A stretch of 62,398 nt of DNA, filler included. It is 5 parts of 5 records of this genome, joined end to end, with 100 filler letters (N's around TTAATTAATTAA, not from the genome) between each part and the next. Parts side by side here need not be neighbours in the genome. Positions count along the whole stretch, not along the records: positions 1 to 28,131 come from SRR2962707_1838; 4 more parts are not named here. The stretch is one strand, 5' to 3'. The position numbers and the translations under genes are program-made. Shown one piece after another: positions 13,901-21,086 of this stretch (its first letter is position 1; each line of letters begins with the position of its first letter). The notes below the pieces were generated by a model. That model was not told where the DNA came from. It saw only the letters and a program-made list of their open reading frames with translations, and made no database searches.

Positions 13901-16265
13901 AAGTACCTGCAATTTCTACTTCAAAAGAAGTTTCGTCTTGCCATGTAGCCGTGTTTGGATCAAAAATATTAGATGATAAAGCTATAGCATATTCATAACC
14001 ATTACCTATACCCGAAATATCTATTCTACCTTTTGTGTCACAAATAATATCCTCTTTTGTAATAGTAGGGTCTACCGAATTTTCGTAAGCTTTTAAATAA
14101 AACCTGTTAAAACAATTATTTTGATAACGAACTTCTAAACGATATTCTCCTGGACCTGAAAGTTCATATTGATCCCCTGTTCCCACATCATTCCAAGTAC
14201 ATGAGTTATCCTTTGAAGGGCAATCGTCTTCAATAGAGGCTGCAGAGCAGTTATCATCTAACTTTTGCCAAACTAAAGCCACTGCATCCGGAAAACTTAC
14301 ATTAAGCATTCGGTCATCATTAGTTCCGCATAAGAAAAATTTTGGCAATAAAGTCCCATCATTCGGACATGTAACTACTTGATCGGCCACAGAAGCAAAC
14401 GGACTTGTTAAATCATTACTTCTCGGTACAACTGTAATAAACTCATCATAATCTTTACATGGTTCGGTTATTTTCTTTTCAACCTTATAAGTTCCATAAT
14501 TAGTAGCTGTATACGTTTGTCCTAAAGCTCCATTAACAACTCCTGTTAATGCCCTGTAAGTTCCGTCTGGATTCTGAAAAAACCATTGATAAGTATCATA
14601 GTTTGCTCCAGCAATTAATTCAATAGAATCTCCACAAATAGCAATTTCTCTTTCGAAATTACACTCATCTAAGTTTGGTAGAAAATTTGTAGATCCAGGT
14701 ATTCCAAAATTACAAGTATCAAAACCCGATACACTAGGATCATCTGATATTTCATTATCATTTAATACACCTTGGTATGTTGCATACGCTTGATTTTGAA
14801 TTATATTGGAACATGCATCCCGTAATTTATCACAATCCTCTTGCACCCGAACATTTATCTTAATGGTATAATCATCTCGTGGAACTTCCACATAAATATC
14901 GGGAATGGTAAATATTAATTCGTTCGTTGTAATATCATGTGTGTATGTAATTTGTTGGCCCCCGATAGTAGGTGGCAATTCGGCATTTATAAAATCAACA
15001 TTAACCGGAAGAATGTCTTTAATAGTAAAATTGGTTCCATCATCATTTCCAATGTTATCAAAACTTAGTGAATATTGAATTTCTTGTCCTAAAGCTACTT
15101 CTTGCCCTTGTATATCTTTTCCATCAGTATCAAAAACTCCTTTTGCCAATTGCATATCCGGTTCTATTACTTCAACAGAAAAAGAACTAAAAAAGATATC
15201 GTATTTATCTCCTGTTGAACTAGCACGAAGGACTGCTCCAGTCTCGTCATTTGGTATAACAGAATTATTAGGATTGTTTATGGTGAATAAATCAACATCC
15301 CAACCTAGTGTATTAGTACTGTTTGGTGTTCTTGTTGTAACAAGATTATCTTCAATGGTTATATTACTATTGAAGAAATTATTACTTGGATTAGTGTTGT
15401 TACCTAGAGTTGTGAAAGTAGCGTTTCTATTAGCCTTAATGGAAAGTTGGTCTCCAGTAATTCGATTATCTCCTTCTAAAGTAGCAACGGTCATTTTAGC
15501 ATATACTGGGAATGGTGGCGGAAGCGTTATAAAACCATTATAGGGAATATCAACGCTTTCTTCGCTTTTTACACCTGCATAACCATCAAATGTTGTGATA
15601 TACTTTCCAGGTAATGTTGGATTCTCGTACACAACAACCATAGTCCATCCTGCAGAAATACCTCCTCTAATTGAACTACCAGAACTCGCCCTTACATTAG
15701 CTACAACATATTCTCCATCAGGATTTGCCATAGTATTAATTATAGAAGTAACATCTTTATAACAAGCATACGGTCCATAATCACCAAAATCAGAATCATT
15801 ATAACCGTCAAATAGCACCTCATCGGCTGTAATATCTTGATATATACCTCCTGGTATTTTAAATTTTACCTGATTAAAATCGCTCCTGTCACTCTCAGTA
15901 TATACTGCCGACCAATATAACCCAGCATAAACAATACGGCTACAATTTGGATCGGGCACAGAAAGTACAGCACTACTAGAACTAAATGTAGAACCATCAT
16001 TATCAATATCGATGTATTGCATGTTAAGATCATCATTATAGCTGGACCTACTTCCTGTAGTATTATAAGGGTTGTTAGGACGTTCTCCCCATCCTTCATT
16101 CCTATTTACAATGTTGTTGGCAATAAAGGTAAGTTCTCCCCTTATATTGTCTTGATATCGAACATCAAAGTCATTTTTAACCTGTGCTGATAAAGAGGAA
16201 ACACATGCAAAGAATATGCATGCGAACAGAATGTACGTATTTAGCGTAAAGTAGTTTTTTTTCAT
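1962..16265 (-). CDS. sprB: Giant SprB-like gliding-motility adhesin (4767 aa) with SprB repeats and a type-B T9SS C-terminal domain
   Basis: Signal peptide; dozens of Cys-containing repeats (C..G.I.V..GG..Y.YSIDG..F..L..G.Y...VKD.NGC); C-terminal VPNVFTPDGD..ND.W / YDRYGR / WDG.YNG..LP.GDYWY / GHFTLYR; position between sprD-like and sprF-like genes. Confidence 0.9.
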   Translation of the reverse strand: MKKNYFTLNTYILFACIFFACVSSLSAQVKNDFDVRYQDNIRGELTFIANNIVNRNEGWGERPNNPYNTTGSRSSYNDDLNMQYIDIDNDGSTFSSSSAVLSVPDPNCSRIVYAGLYWSAVYTESDRSDFNQVKFKIPGGIYQDITADEVLFDGYNDSDFGDYGPYACYKDVTSIINTMANPDGEYVVANVRASSGSSIRGGISAGWTMVVVYENPTLPGKYITTFDGYAGVKSEESVDIPYNGFITLPPPFPVYAKMTVATLEGDNRITGDQLSIKANRNATFTTLGNNTNPSNNFFNSNITIEDNLVTTRTPNSTNTLGWDVDLFTINNPNNSVIPNDETGAVLRASSTGDKYDIFFSSFSVEVIEPDMQLAKGVFDTDGKDIQGQEVALGQEIQYSLSFDNIGNDDGTNFTIKDILPVNVDFINAELPPTIGGQQITYTHDITTNELIFTIPDIYVEVPRDDYTIKINVRVQEDCDKLRDACSNIIQNQAYATYQGVLNDNEISDDPSVSGFDTCNFGIPGSTNFLPNLDECNFEREIAICGDSIELIAGANYDTYQWFFQNPDGTYRALTGVVNGALGQTYTATNYGTYKVEKKITEPCKDYDEFITVVPRSNDLTSPFASVADQVVTCPNDGTLLPKFFLCGTNDDRMLNVSFPDAVALVWQKLDDNCSAASIEDDCPSKDNSCTWNDVGTGDQYELSGPGEYRLEVRYQNNCFNRFYLKAYENSVDPTITKEDIICDTKGRIDISGIGNGYEYAIALSSNIFDPNTATWQDETSFEVEIAGTYNIYIRQANIDLEEGDREPCLFKFENVVITKREFAVDVTVNNPTCSNAKGSFDINVSGARAWYTYVIKDEAGAVVDDENQSDDNFHQFAELDPGTYSIEVTTEDGCTFSEPYTIIAPENMELNAVVSQNVSCREGNILLNATGGKTPYNYAIWSYIDENGNGGDLYASVDDIPADAYQTRNIFDIFLGEQGQYEFIVLDRNNCYVISNRVTIIVEPDVEFSVDHTDEICFGSNDGTITVNLINANGYKVLYSIDGEEFDANPNFNNLEPGEYNVIVRGSKGNRTCDFDTIITIEEGVQISADANLTNDYTCLENGQITFGNATGGSGIFEYSIDGVNWQDSPVFNNLTAGTFTPSYRDKNNPDCVQETNEITIDPLTPPTDISFNTTVPQCPAQTSNVTLSVVGGAGLINYEIIAPASSVTVNGTNNIFNGLAAGNTYTFKVTDEKGCTYNENLTIPLSTPIGVVGQLISNVSCVNGSDGEIRYTVSGFITNYNYTVVDASNTEVQSSATPQTNSIIDITGLEAGVYTITVTDPQTDCTDTDTVTIEEPTSQLVLGTPDITHESCSPSGAVLGSVTITASGGWGSYTYNLLDSSNTSITSNTSGSFTGLSFGSYTIEVQDANGCNVATSNFNIDAAIPPVLSISANDVCYDATTGLTLTASVISGGSGILSYTLNGGRTNTTGSFDKLGPGTYTVTVTDEKNCTDTETITVNPELDVIASANPISACGTSTDVTITATGGDGNYVYAIVSDGITPNSFSTTNPVNITTAGDYDVYVRDHAGGTGYCEAKYDITITADPELKVTASNTEILCNGTTSTLTITAGGGSGNYTEYSIDNGSTFQPSNVFNNLISGNYNIVVKDSQGCEVDLFYTINQPQELTASANVAALVECNPSVGADVRITNAQGGTIPYEYSFDGGSSYGASATQNLMPGTYELYIKDASGCIFGPMPIMVEEGPEEPELDALVDYNCDGTGSITVNASPSTYDYTYQLNGGTEQVSNEFEGVAPGTHDITVNYISNLPATPSVLLVEDFGSGPNTSIPSIDSSVYCYEDQIAGGNCGSQEDINDTRINDGEYSVTQKIAQDFGDWVDVIDHTGNTNGRFLAINIGGVAGMGGVIYRKPIKDFLPNQDVQVSIWGQNLMESFTGSSKGDPNIVIQLVDPSNDAVIAQDLTGIIPKSEQWEQFIIDLNPNGHTELDLVVRTNSTVEDGNDLTIDDILVTQIPEKCPLSKNIKVIVEDGHKFTAEVIGTTSVSCNGDNNSEVTISVTNFGASGYEYSLDNFATSALGTSTSATETISVGLGAGTYTLSVRDIDNQSVTPSLACSKDLLFIITEPDPVVVTAQITSEITCNVATATITATTATGGTPGYTYQLEDISGSPITGYEFATNGTNRVFSNLPIGDYIVRVKDSNNCEGVSTAVSVTAPNPITFTAIPTTCYAGDNNATIEIEVTNGNGNYQVSINGGIFKGFNIDGTHHTISGLVPGDYDITIKDGFGCSLTLDDVTITEKLDAVVVPTDIACNDGSIEVTASGGDGSYEYAFMDDGVIPTNADYISTNILTITSGNAGLYDVYVKDGSGVCNYMETVEVKEVTSISTAVTATQPKCHDDKGSLELTISGGVGPFDIVVNDGVTNVATVDNFTGNSRTFYNLPPANYTITVTDNYGCPAPATAAIIAPDELTATIDPILPASCVSAVDTDYGFEFENYTTTIGTVEFSADGGTTWQSSSQFTGTAYLSGEIVYPSIRTVDSVGNTICQTDFPRYIIPYPLDDLDITIHAIVVNCNELQVTVQGSEGNSPYQYTYTDDPANFDKDNPSFPWTTQRPGNYVFDKLIPGRTYVFYVRDDSGCVRQSYVNVNDLIDLPMEVDVSYEPSCSGANDAEISFQLTDNDGTVEPYINYEVINVITGTVVYSSPTDVLYTSPQAYDIPNLFAPGEYYISIVQHDGAGTDACITATENILIEEQDPISGNPNNIRDITCETAGLIEVPDITGGGGEYTYILTSTNFDTNGDGVSDTADEIRTTNNPMEVSIDDVLDPSVVSITISISVVDQFGCEDYIGDVTLNISQPPSITDIVTDNCDGSSTITIIATGGSGDYYYSIDNGITFGQLNDNEFTNLAVGSYDILVKDTNGCITTGTSAVNIYEPLTVKADVNEKLDCQIGDEDAELIFEVNGGSSGSALSNITYTITGPAGFSNPATNVTMVTNPTIFTQANVPGTYTIAVTDAANGGCTVSVNVDVPVKLEPVPAIENKTDVDCFNADNGTITVSAVDNGIGPFTFVITELNGSSITNIQPDNAAPSYQATFSGLAGTVAGNEYTIEVIGNSNNQCSSTITETIYQPEVLEDLTLNVTEFACTTGNSLNKATVTASGVNGGTGDYTYEFIYDNGTPGDPADDRTQKGDEVSFNVTNIAGGSVVVNVYDEHGCSISDTETILPYNRLDNIVAIPTNPTCRGGDGEIKVDATLSLGIGSDILIYTLYDTAGNELDTRTASSDTHTFTGLDIGNYQIKVVNDNTGCELNTTAELTDPNTFEIDLNVTSSVVCFGSATGEIEIELVDPTYIGDVFVYIYNTNGTPNDRTDDGTPIKSDTGIANTIITLDQFDAGVYLAEVVQDNAPYCTQTTIFTIATPSVDITATASATAQTCSLNDGIIEITNVSGGWGGYKYYVDTTPIADENDITNYSDSPRFQGLATGTYEIWVIDQKGCSVQLPSEGIINPTPIIGDINASTQNCEGLSGEITVDNVTGGSGGLYTFQLIKDGVDFGAPQTGMTTVFTGLGAGDYEVRISDNWDCSVVLLTPITLYEEIALNYTIDSSISCDASNNNLGGQVTINAIGGNGTYTFEVEYPDGTTANNGSIATFTGLDQVGTYIFTVTDGVGCDEQIDLELEAPIIPELIISKKTNVSCEGLSDGTIKATVNSSTSVNPPYTYVLTGPITATNTSGLFTGLPVGNYTITVSSVLGCFDEEIVEITEPSALDFMAVVTTEFSCNPDNTIAVGQITVNVDPITGTAPYLYSIDGTNYQNSNVFDVVDTGNDETYTLYVKDANGCFDTYPVTINTLPKITAVGVTPVRAITCANTEEVAVTIDGGSGDFSVELLPVGPTKPLIGQTINFDLPTPGDYVFQVTDNVTGCFFITAPYTVNPYNTIKATANASSSVSCIGSATGEITINVSDYIGDYTYEVFASNGTSIGVTGSGIASTPIAISGIPAGNYYVEVIALDSPYCPATSNTVNIKSPTKGLDLNAVVTEDLSCITNQAEIVATATGGWGSYQYALVLQGATPSTGDYSVNNIFTNVSAGIYEVYVKDAEGCEEVETVTLTQPIPINATATATSIDVLCEGDKTGSITVTGVTGGRPDFDATVEYLYILNRLDQSGGVISSSAPQLSNVFNNLGAGDYSVTVTDNHDCDFVTLPVSVTEPTEVFASLRLVAGNTCTTGATLELTVTGGTGSGYEYSTSANSGWMSMSGNSIQIDVPEPITTTEMHQYYVRDSNGCISNISNSVTISPIRPLEITPTVVADVSCYDEATGYIKVDVTGGLGDYLYTLFDVSGNVVVRPQQSGNTFSDLPAGVYFVEVESGDCIAQERIQIEEGEELTSKEPVIFNPICSDDLGSIELELQGGSGVYQYAISPNLDQFQNKNVFEDLEPGTYTIIAQDSKGCNPFVYKKEIVAPSPVAAKANILEKEFCAGDKTASFEINIEGGTPPYYTALNTQEDDKFIENKTMFDGLEGGETYVVFVKDANGCSTNVIVTLDKSVDLSPRAEMSQNCFDNSAVNEVTIMLAQDNLEDVIYTLDGGVDQFENRFSNLAPGKHTVTVSYFGCEKTVDFTVDPIVPLNLSVGESNINEFTILPTGGAAPYEYFIDGVSNGNDSKYVIRESGVYEVKVIDANGCEVVAQIDMEFIDIDVPNVFTPDGDNNNDTWTPKNTLLYPKIVTKIYDRYGRVVAELRVGDEWDGRYNGALLPTGDYWYVIKLNGAEDDREFVGHFTLYR

Positions 16266-16327
16266 AGTGTTAAGCTTTGGGGACTTGTTACTATTAATTT
16301 ATTTTATGTATGTTTTTATATAATATG

Positions 16328-18436
16328 CTATGTACTTTTCATAGGCATGATCCAAATATCATTTTTATAATTAATACTGGCTCGGTATGATTTCATGGCG
16401 TTCTGCCAATTATCATATTTGTTTAAGTACACATATTTATAATTATTTTTAGGGTTAATAAAAATATTGGCATCGTAACCTTCTTGTTTTAATTTATCAA
16501 CATAATTCCTTGCATTTTTTTCTTCTGAAAATACATTCGCTATAATATAATATCCTTTGCTTTGTGGTTTAACTTTGGATGGTTTTTCTACTACCATCTC
16601 ATCAGAATAACCTAACTCATCCGACTGAAAAATTCTAGTAACATACCTATCGGTACATTGACTCAATCCATTTTCTAAATAATCAATTTCAGTGTTTATT
16701 TCTGAATTATACTTTCGAACTTTATCAGCTTTATTCCGGCTGTTGGAAGCATAGGCTTTATCTGTATTAGATGATGGGATTGCGTTTTTATTGTTGTCAA
16801 TATTTAAAACCCAAACCGCATCAGAATAAGTTCCATTAAAATTATCTTGTTGTGCCTGTTGCGCTTCTTTTACAGTAGCATATCTTTCTATATAAACATA
16901 TTTTAAACCGTTCTTTTCAAAGTAATCAGCATCAATTCCTTTTCTTTTTAACTCCTCTAAAAATTTATTAAGGTATTCGTCCTTTTTAAATACGTTGGCA
17001 ACAACGTAAGCTCCATCATCTATATTGGCTAGGTTTGTTGTTGTTGCTGATGCAGTTATCCTTTTATCAGAGCTTACGTTAGCACTACCAACAGGTTTTG
17101 AGGAAACCTCACTCTCTTTAGATTGTGTGTTCTTAGCGTAAGATCGTTTATTTGACGTTCCTATATTGTTATAATCATTAGTGTATTTTATTTGAGCTTT
17201 CTCATAAGCTTCTTCATCAATTTCTTTCATCATGGCAACGGCACGTGCTTTTACTTCTTGCTCATTCCCTTTTCCTTTATTATCATTTACATATTTAATA
17301 ATATATGCAAAGCGCTTATTTACATCATTTTTTCGTGCTTCTTCCATAGAGTCTTGCTTAAACATCATTTCATCAATAATCATGTTATTTTCAGCAACTA
17401 ACTTACGTAGTCTAGCAATCTCTGCATCTTTATCGGTAATTGTATCTTGTGGGGTTTCGTTTTCTACTAAAAGTAGTTCTTCATCTTCTTCTAAATCTTC
17501 AAAAACTCTATTCTCGCTTAAGGTTGGTTGGAAAGAATACGCAAAGTTTATTTCGTGGGTTAGCCCAAAATTAGATACTTGTCCGCTTACCCCTTTTTCC
17601 ATTGTATAGCCTAAAGACAGTCTTTTGGTAATATTAAATCCTAACCCAGCTGCAATTCCATAATAGTCATCATAACCTGTTTGTATCCATCCTAATTTTG
17701 GTAAGTCTAATATTAAACTTCCTGATAGATTTAAATCTTCTTCTCCTACTCTTCTAACTCTTGTTAATGCAGATAGTTTGGCATCTTCCATAATACCAAC
17801 ACCATTTTTAAACCGATTGGTATACATTAAATGACCTGTAAAAGTTTTATCGTTAAAATCGGTTAAAGACTCATTGGTTCTTAAGTTATAATCAAATGCA
17901 TTCTCGGCATAAATACCAACATCAAAGCTTCCAATAGAAAGATTTATCCCTGGCTGAAAAGAAAGCAAAGAGCCATCTTGTAAATCTGCAATAGTTGGGT
18001 CGTCTGGTTGCGACGGATTAATATTGCTTTTATCAACACCGCTATTGTAATAAGACAAGTTGAAACCAAAAGTAAGGTTACTTTTTTCTGATAGTCGGAT
18101 TCCATATGCGTAATTCGCCATAACTCCAAAATTGGAGATGGTTCCAAAACGTTGGTGATAAACGCTTAATCCTAATCCTGAACGATCACTTATTCTTCCT
18201 GAATAACTTCCTAAATACGTTTGATAATTATCTTCAAAGTTTACCCATTGATTTCTATGATAAAGATTGAAATAAGAATAATCTTCGTTAACCGTTGAAA
18301 AAGTAGGATTGATTAAAAAACGATTAAACTTTAATGAGTTTTGAGCAGGAATGTCAATAGAAGCCACAGGTGCATCCTCCTGCGCAAAAAGGCAGGTGCT
18401 TAATATAAGTAGGATGTATAATAACCTGAGCTTCAT
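16328..18436 (-). CDS. sprD: SprD-like protein: N-terminal PorP/SprF barrel, coiled coil, two C-terminal SPOR-like domains
   Basis: NRFLINPTFS / RNQWV / THEINFAY barrel motifs; two repeats Y.V/IANVF..(L...G.DA..F...KYVY)...WI/V; position in operon. Confidence 0.78.
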   Translation of the reverse strand: MKLRLLYILLILSTCLFAQEDAPVASIDIPAQNSLKFNRFLINPTFSTVNEDYSYFNLYHRNQWVNFEDNYQTYLGSYSGRISDRSGLGLSVYHQRFGTISNFGVMANYAYGIRLSEKSNLTFGFNLSYYNSGVDKSNINPSQPDDPTIADLQDGSLLSFQPGINLSIGSFDVGIYAENAFDYNLRTNESLTDFNDKTFTGHLMYTNRFKNGVGIMEDAKLSALTRVRRVGEEDLNLSGSLILDLPKLGWIQTGYDDYYGIAAGLGFNITKRLSLGYTMEKGVSGQVSNFGLTHEINFAYSFQPTLSENRVFEDLEEDEELLLVENETPQDTITDKDAEIARLRKLVAENNMIIDEMMFKQDSMEEARKNDVNKRFAYIIKYVNDNKGKGNEQEVKARAVAMMKEIDEEAYEKAQIKYTNDYNNIGTSNKRSYAKNTQSKESEVSSKPVGSANVSSDKRITASATTTNLANIDDGAYVVANVFKKDEYLNKFLEELKRKGIDADYFEKNGLKYVYIERYATVKEAQQAQQDNFNGTYSDAVWVLNIDNNKNAIPSSNTDKAYASNSRNKADKVRKYNSEINTEIDYLENGLSQCTDRYVTRIFQSDELGYSDEMVVEKPSKVKPQSKGYYIIANVFSEEKNARNYVDKLKQEGYDANIFINPKNNYKYVYLNKYDNWQNAMKSYRASINYKNDIWIMPMKST

Positions 18437-18439
18437 TTT

Positions 18440-20629
18440 TTATTTAATAACTGTTATAGTTCCTTGCTTTAACGTTTCTTTTCCCTTAGTAATTCTGTAA
18501 TAATAAATTGGAGGTCTACTCCCAGAATATGTTATACTGGATGACTCTGGCCAATTGTTTTGATAATCGTTTGTTGAATATATTGTTGCACCAGACTGCT
18601 CATAGATATTAATGGTAATATCTTTTTGATATGCATACGAATTTGGAATAATCCAAAGATCATTAAAGCCATCTCCGTTTGGTGTTATAACATTTGGCAC
18701 CACATAACTCAATACATGGGTAACTTTTATGGTTTTAGAAACCTGGCAATCTCCTACCGCAACTAAAACAATGTATTCTCCTTCTTCAGATAGACTTACA
18801 GAAGGTCCATTACTTATCAATTCATTTTTAGTATTAAACCATTGGTAAGAATCTCCTCCAGAGGCTGTAACTACTTTAGAATCTCCCTCTGGAATTGCAA
18901 TTGTTCCTGAAGCATCCAATGTTACTACAGAAGTATCAAAATCGTTTATCACAAATTCATTTGAAGCTACAGAACATCCGTAAGCGGATACTTCCATTTT
19001 ATAAGTTCCTGAAAGGTTTGTAGTAAATGTTGGTTTAGTTTCTGTAAGTTCAACATTATTTCTAAACCATTTGTATTGGTATTCGCTATTTTTTACTGAA
19101 GATGTTATTTCAATCATATTGCCATTTTCACAAGTAACTGTTCCTGTTCCAGAAAGCACTGGTGTTTCAGACAATCCTAATTTTACATTAAATACATTGG
19201 ATATAATTTCTTTCCCTCCTTCTAATGAAACCTTTAAAGCATACGCTCCATTCAAGGAAGCCTTAGCAATAGTTATACTTTCTGACGTTTCTCCTGCCAA
19301 GTTTTTTTGATTATATACCCATTGGTATTTAGCATTTGTTAAAGCCGATTGAGGAAGTACATAGGGAGTTCCGTCTGAATTTGTAGTTTCAATTTTATCC
19401 AGATTTAAAACAGCAGAACTATTACTACAATCTGAATAATTAGCAGCATTGATGGAAGCCGTATAGGCAGATGGTTCTGTAACAGAAATTGCATTTGTAG
19501 TTCTACTGGCAGTACAACCATTGCTTTGAGTAACTTTAACGTAATAATCTCCAGCTACAGAAACTACTAATTCCTTAGAAATCTCATTAGCTAATAAAGT
19601 TCCATTTCTATACCATTCAAAACTCGGCGATACAGCAGTAGTATTTGCTGTTAATTTTATAGATTGTTGAGGAAGCACTAAAGTTCCATTCGGACTTTCA
19701 AGTGATAATTCAAAACCGCCTGCTTCTATCTGTACAGTAGATGTTTTTTCGTTACATCCACCCGGTCTTTCAATTTGCACATAATAATCGCCTGCAAAAC
19801 CAGGGTCATTACCCTTAACTTCCAGCGTATTACTATTATTTCTAACCAATAATTCGCCATCTTTATACCAAGCATACGTCATGGTTTCATCGGCTAAATC
19901 TGTTGTTAGTGTATAGGTTTGATCTTCGCAAAGCGATACTTTTTTGGCTCCTATTAATTCTACTCCGAGAGAATTTTCAATATAAACTTCAACTAAATTT
20001 GAAGCGGTAGAAGTAGAACAATAGCTCCCATAATCTATTTCAGCAAAATAAATTCCTGGCTCAGAAACTTCAATTGAAGGGCCGTTTTCTCCGGGAATCA
20101 AGGCCATGTCTTTGTACCAATTGTATGCCTCTTGGTTAGGATAATTATCCACCTCTAAATAAACGGTGGTAGCTTCACAGACGGAAGCTTCTTCAAAATT
20201 ATTAACCACTAGAGGTTCTTGAACTGTAAGGTAATAAGCACCAAAAGGATCGCTTGAAGGACTTGTTTTAGCTGGATTCGTGCTACGAACACGTACTTTG
20301 TAATTTTCGCCACGCACAGTCTCGGGCATTTCAAATTCAATAGTAAAGTCGAATACTGTATTTTTATCTGTTATGGTTGCTAGTGTAGTTGGGGAAGAAA
20401 AACTGCCGTTGGCATTGGAAAGCTCTAGAATAAACTCATTGTTGGATGCTACGATAGGCGTAGGATCCCACTTAAATTGTGCGGAAAAACTATTGAAGCC
20501 TTTGGAAGCACACGCATCTGAAAAACCTAAAACAGGCTTTTTTAAATCTTGTGCTTGCATACTAGAAGCCCCTAGAAGGAGCGAAAGTAGACAAAGACGA
20601 ATAGATTTTTTGGGTAAAGTTCTATTCAT
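18440..20629 (-). CDS. sprC: SprC-like Ig-repeat protein with type-B gliding-motility CTD
   Basis: Signal peptide from MNRTLPKK (ATG 20629 preferred over TTG 20653); F.LELS.A.G.F motif; Y.WY.DG repeats; C-terminal VPNVITPNGDGFNDLW...YQNNWP. Confidence 0.78.
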   Translation of the reverse strand: MNRTLPKKSIRLCLLSLLLGASSMQAQDLKKPVLGFSDACASKGFNSFSAQFKWDPTPIVASNNEFILELSNANGSFSSPTTLATITDKNTVFDFTIEFEMPETVRGENYKVRVRSTNPAKTSPSSDPFGAYYLTVQEPLVVNNFEEASVCEATTVYLEVDNYPNQEAYNWYKDMALIPGENGPSIEVSEPGIYFAEIDYGSYCSTSTASNLVEVYIENSLGVELIGAKKVSLCEDQTYTLTTDLADETMTYAWYKDGELLVRNNSNTLEVKGNDPGFAGDYYVQIERPGGCNEKTSTVQIEAGGFELSLESPNGTLVLPQQSIKLTANTTAVSPSFEWYRNGTLLANEISKELVVSVAGDYYVKVTQSNGCTASRTTNAISVTEPSAYTASINAANYSDCSNSSAVLNLDKIETTNSDGTPYVLPQSALTNAKYQWVYNQKNLAGETSESITIAKASLNGAYALKVSLEGGKEIISNVFNVKLGLSETPVLSGTGTVTCENGNMIEITSSVKNSEYQYKWFRNNVELTETKPTFTTNLSGTYKMEVSAYGCSVASNEFVINDFDTSVVTLDASGTIAIPEGDSKVVTASGGDSYQWFNTKNELISNGPSVSLSEEGEYIVLVAVGDCQVSKTIKVTHVLSYVVPNVITPNGDGFNDLWIIPNSYAYQKDITINIYEQSGATIYSTNDYQNNWPESSSITYSGSRPPIYYYRITKGKETLKQGTITVIK

Positions 20630-21058
20630 TCGTTCATGTTTTAATTTGGGCAATCACAAAGTAACAACTTTCTATAATAGAAAACCAAAGTTATAAGATT
20701 TTTTCAACACTTTTTTGCTTTTGTGGTGAAATGAGGTTTTTTATATGCCAACGATGCTTTTCATAAAGTTATTCACAATTTCAGATCAAAACATACTAAT
20801 CGGTTTATGGCATAAAAACAATAAACACGGTGTTCTTTAAACATTTTGATACTTTTAGGGTCTGAAAGAAAATTGAGCTCAAATTTGTTAATAACTCAAA
20901 AATGAAGGAGGTGAAAATCGAAAAAAAGAAATGATTTTCCACAGAAAAACTATCTTCTTGATAGAAGAAAATGATTCTTTAACCGAAAAATTATCATTTA
21001 GAACGAAGTTCAAACATTTAAATAGAGAATAACATTCTAATTCACTCTAAAATTTACG

Positions 21059-21066
21059 TAATTTTG
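21059..21066 (+). promoter_or_regulatory. Bacteroidetes -7 promoter element upstream of glnS
   Basis: TAATTTTG matches TAnnTTTG, 20 bp before the ATG. Confidence 0.6.
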
Positions 21067-21086
21067 CGGGCATAAGTTTTTATAAA

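Noticed and set aside
6651-16099. Short ORFs nested within sprB
   Set aside because: Antisense or off-frame shadows with no motifs
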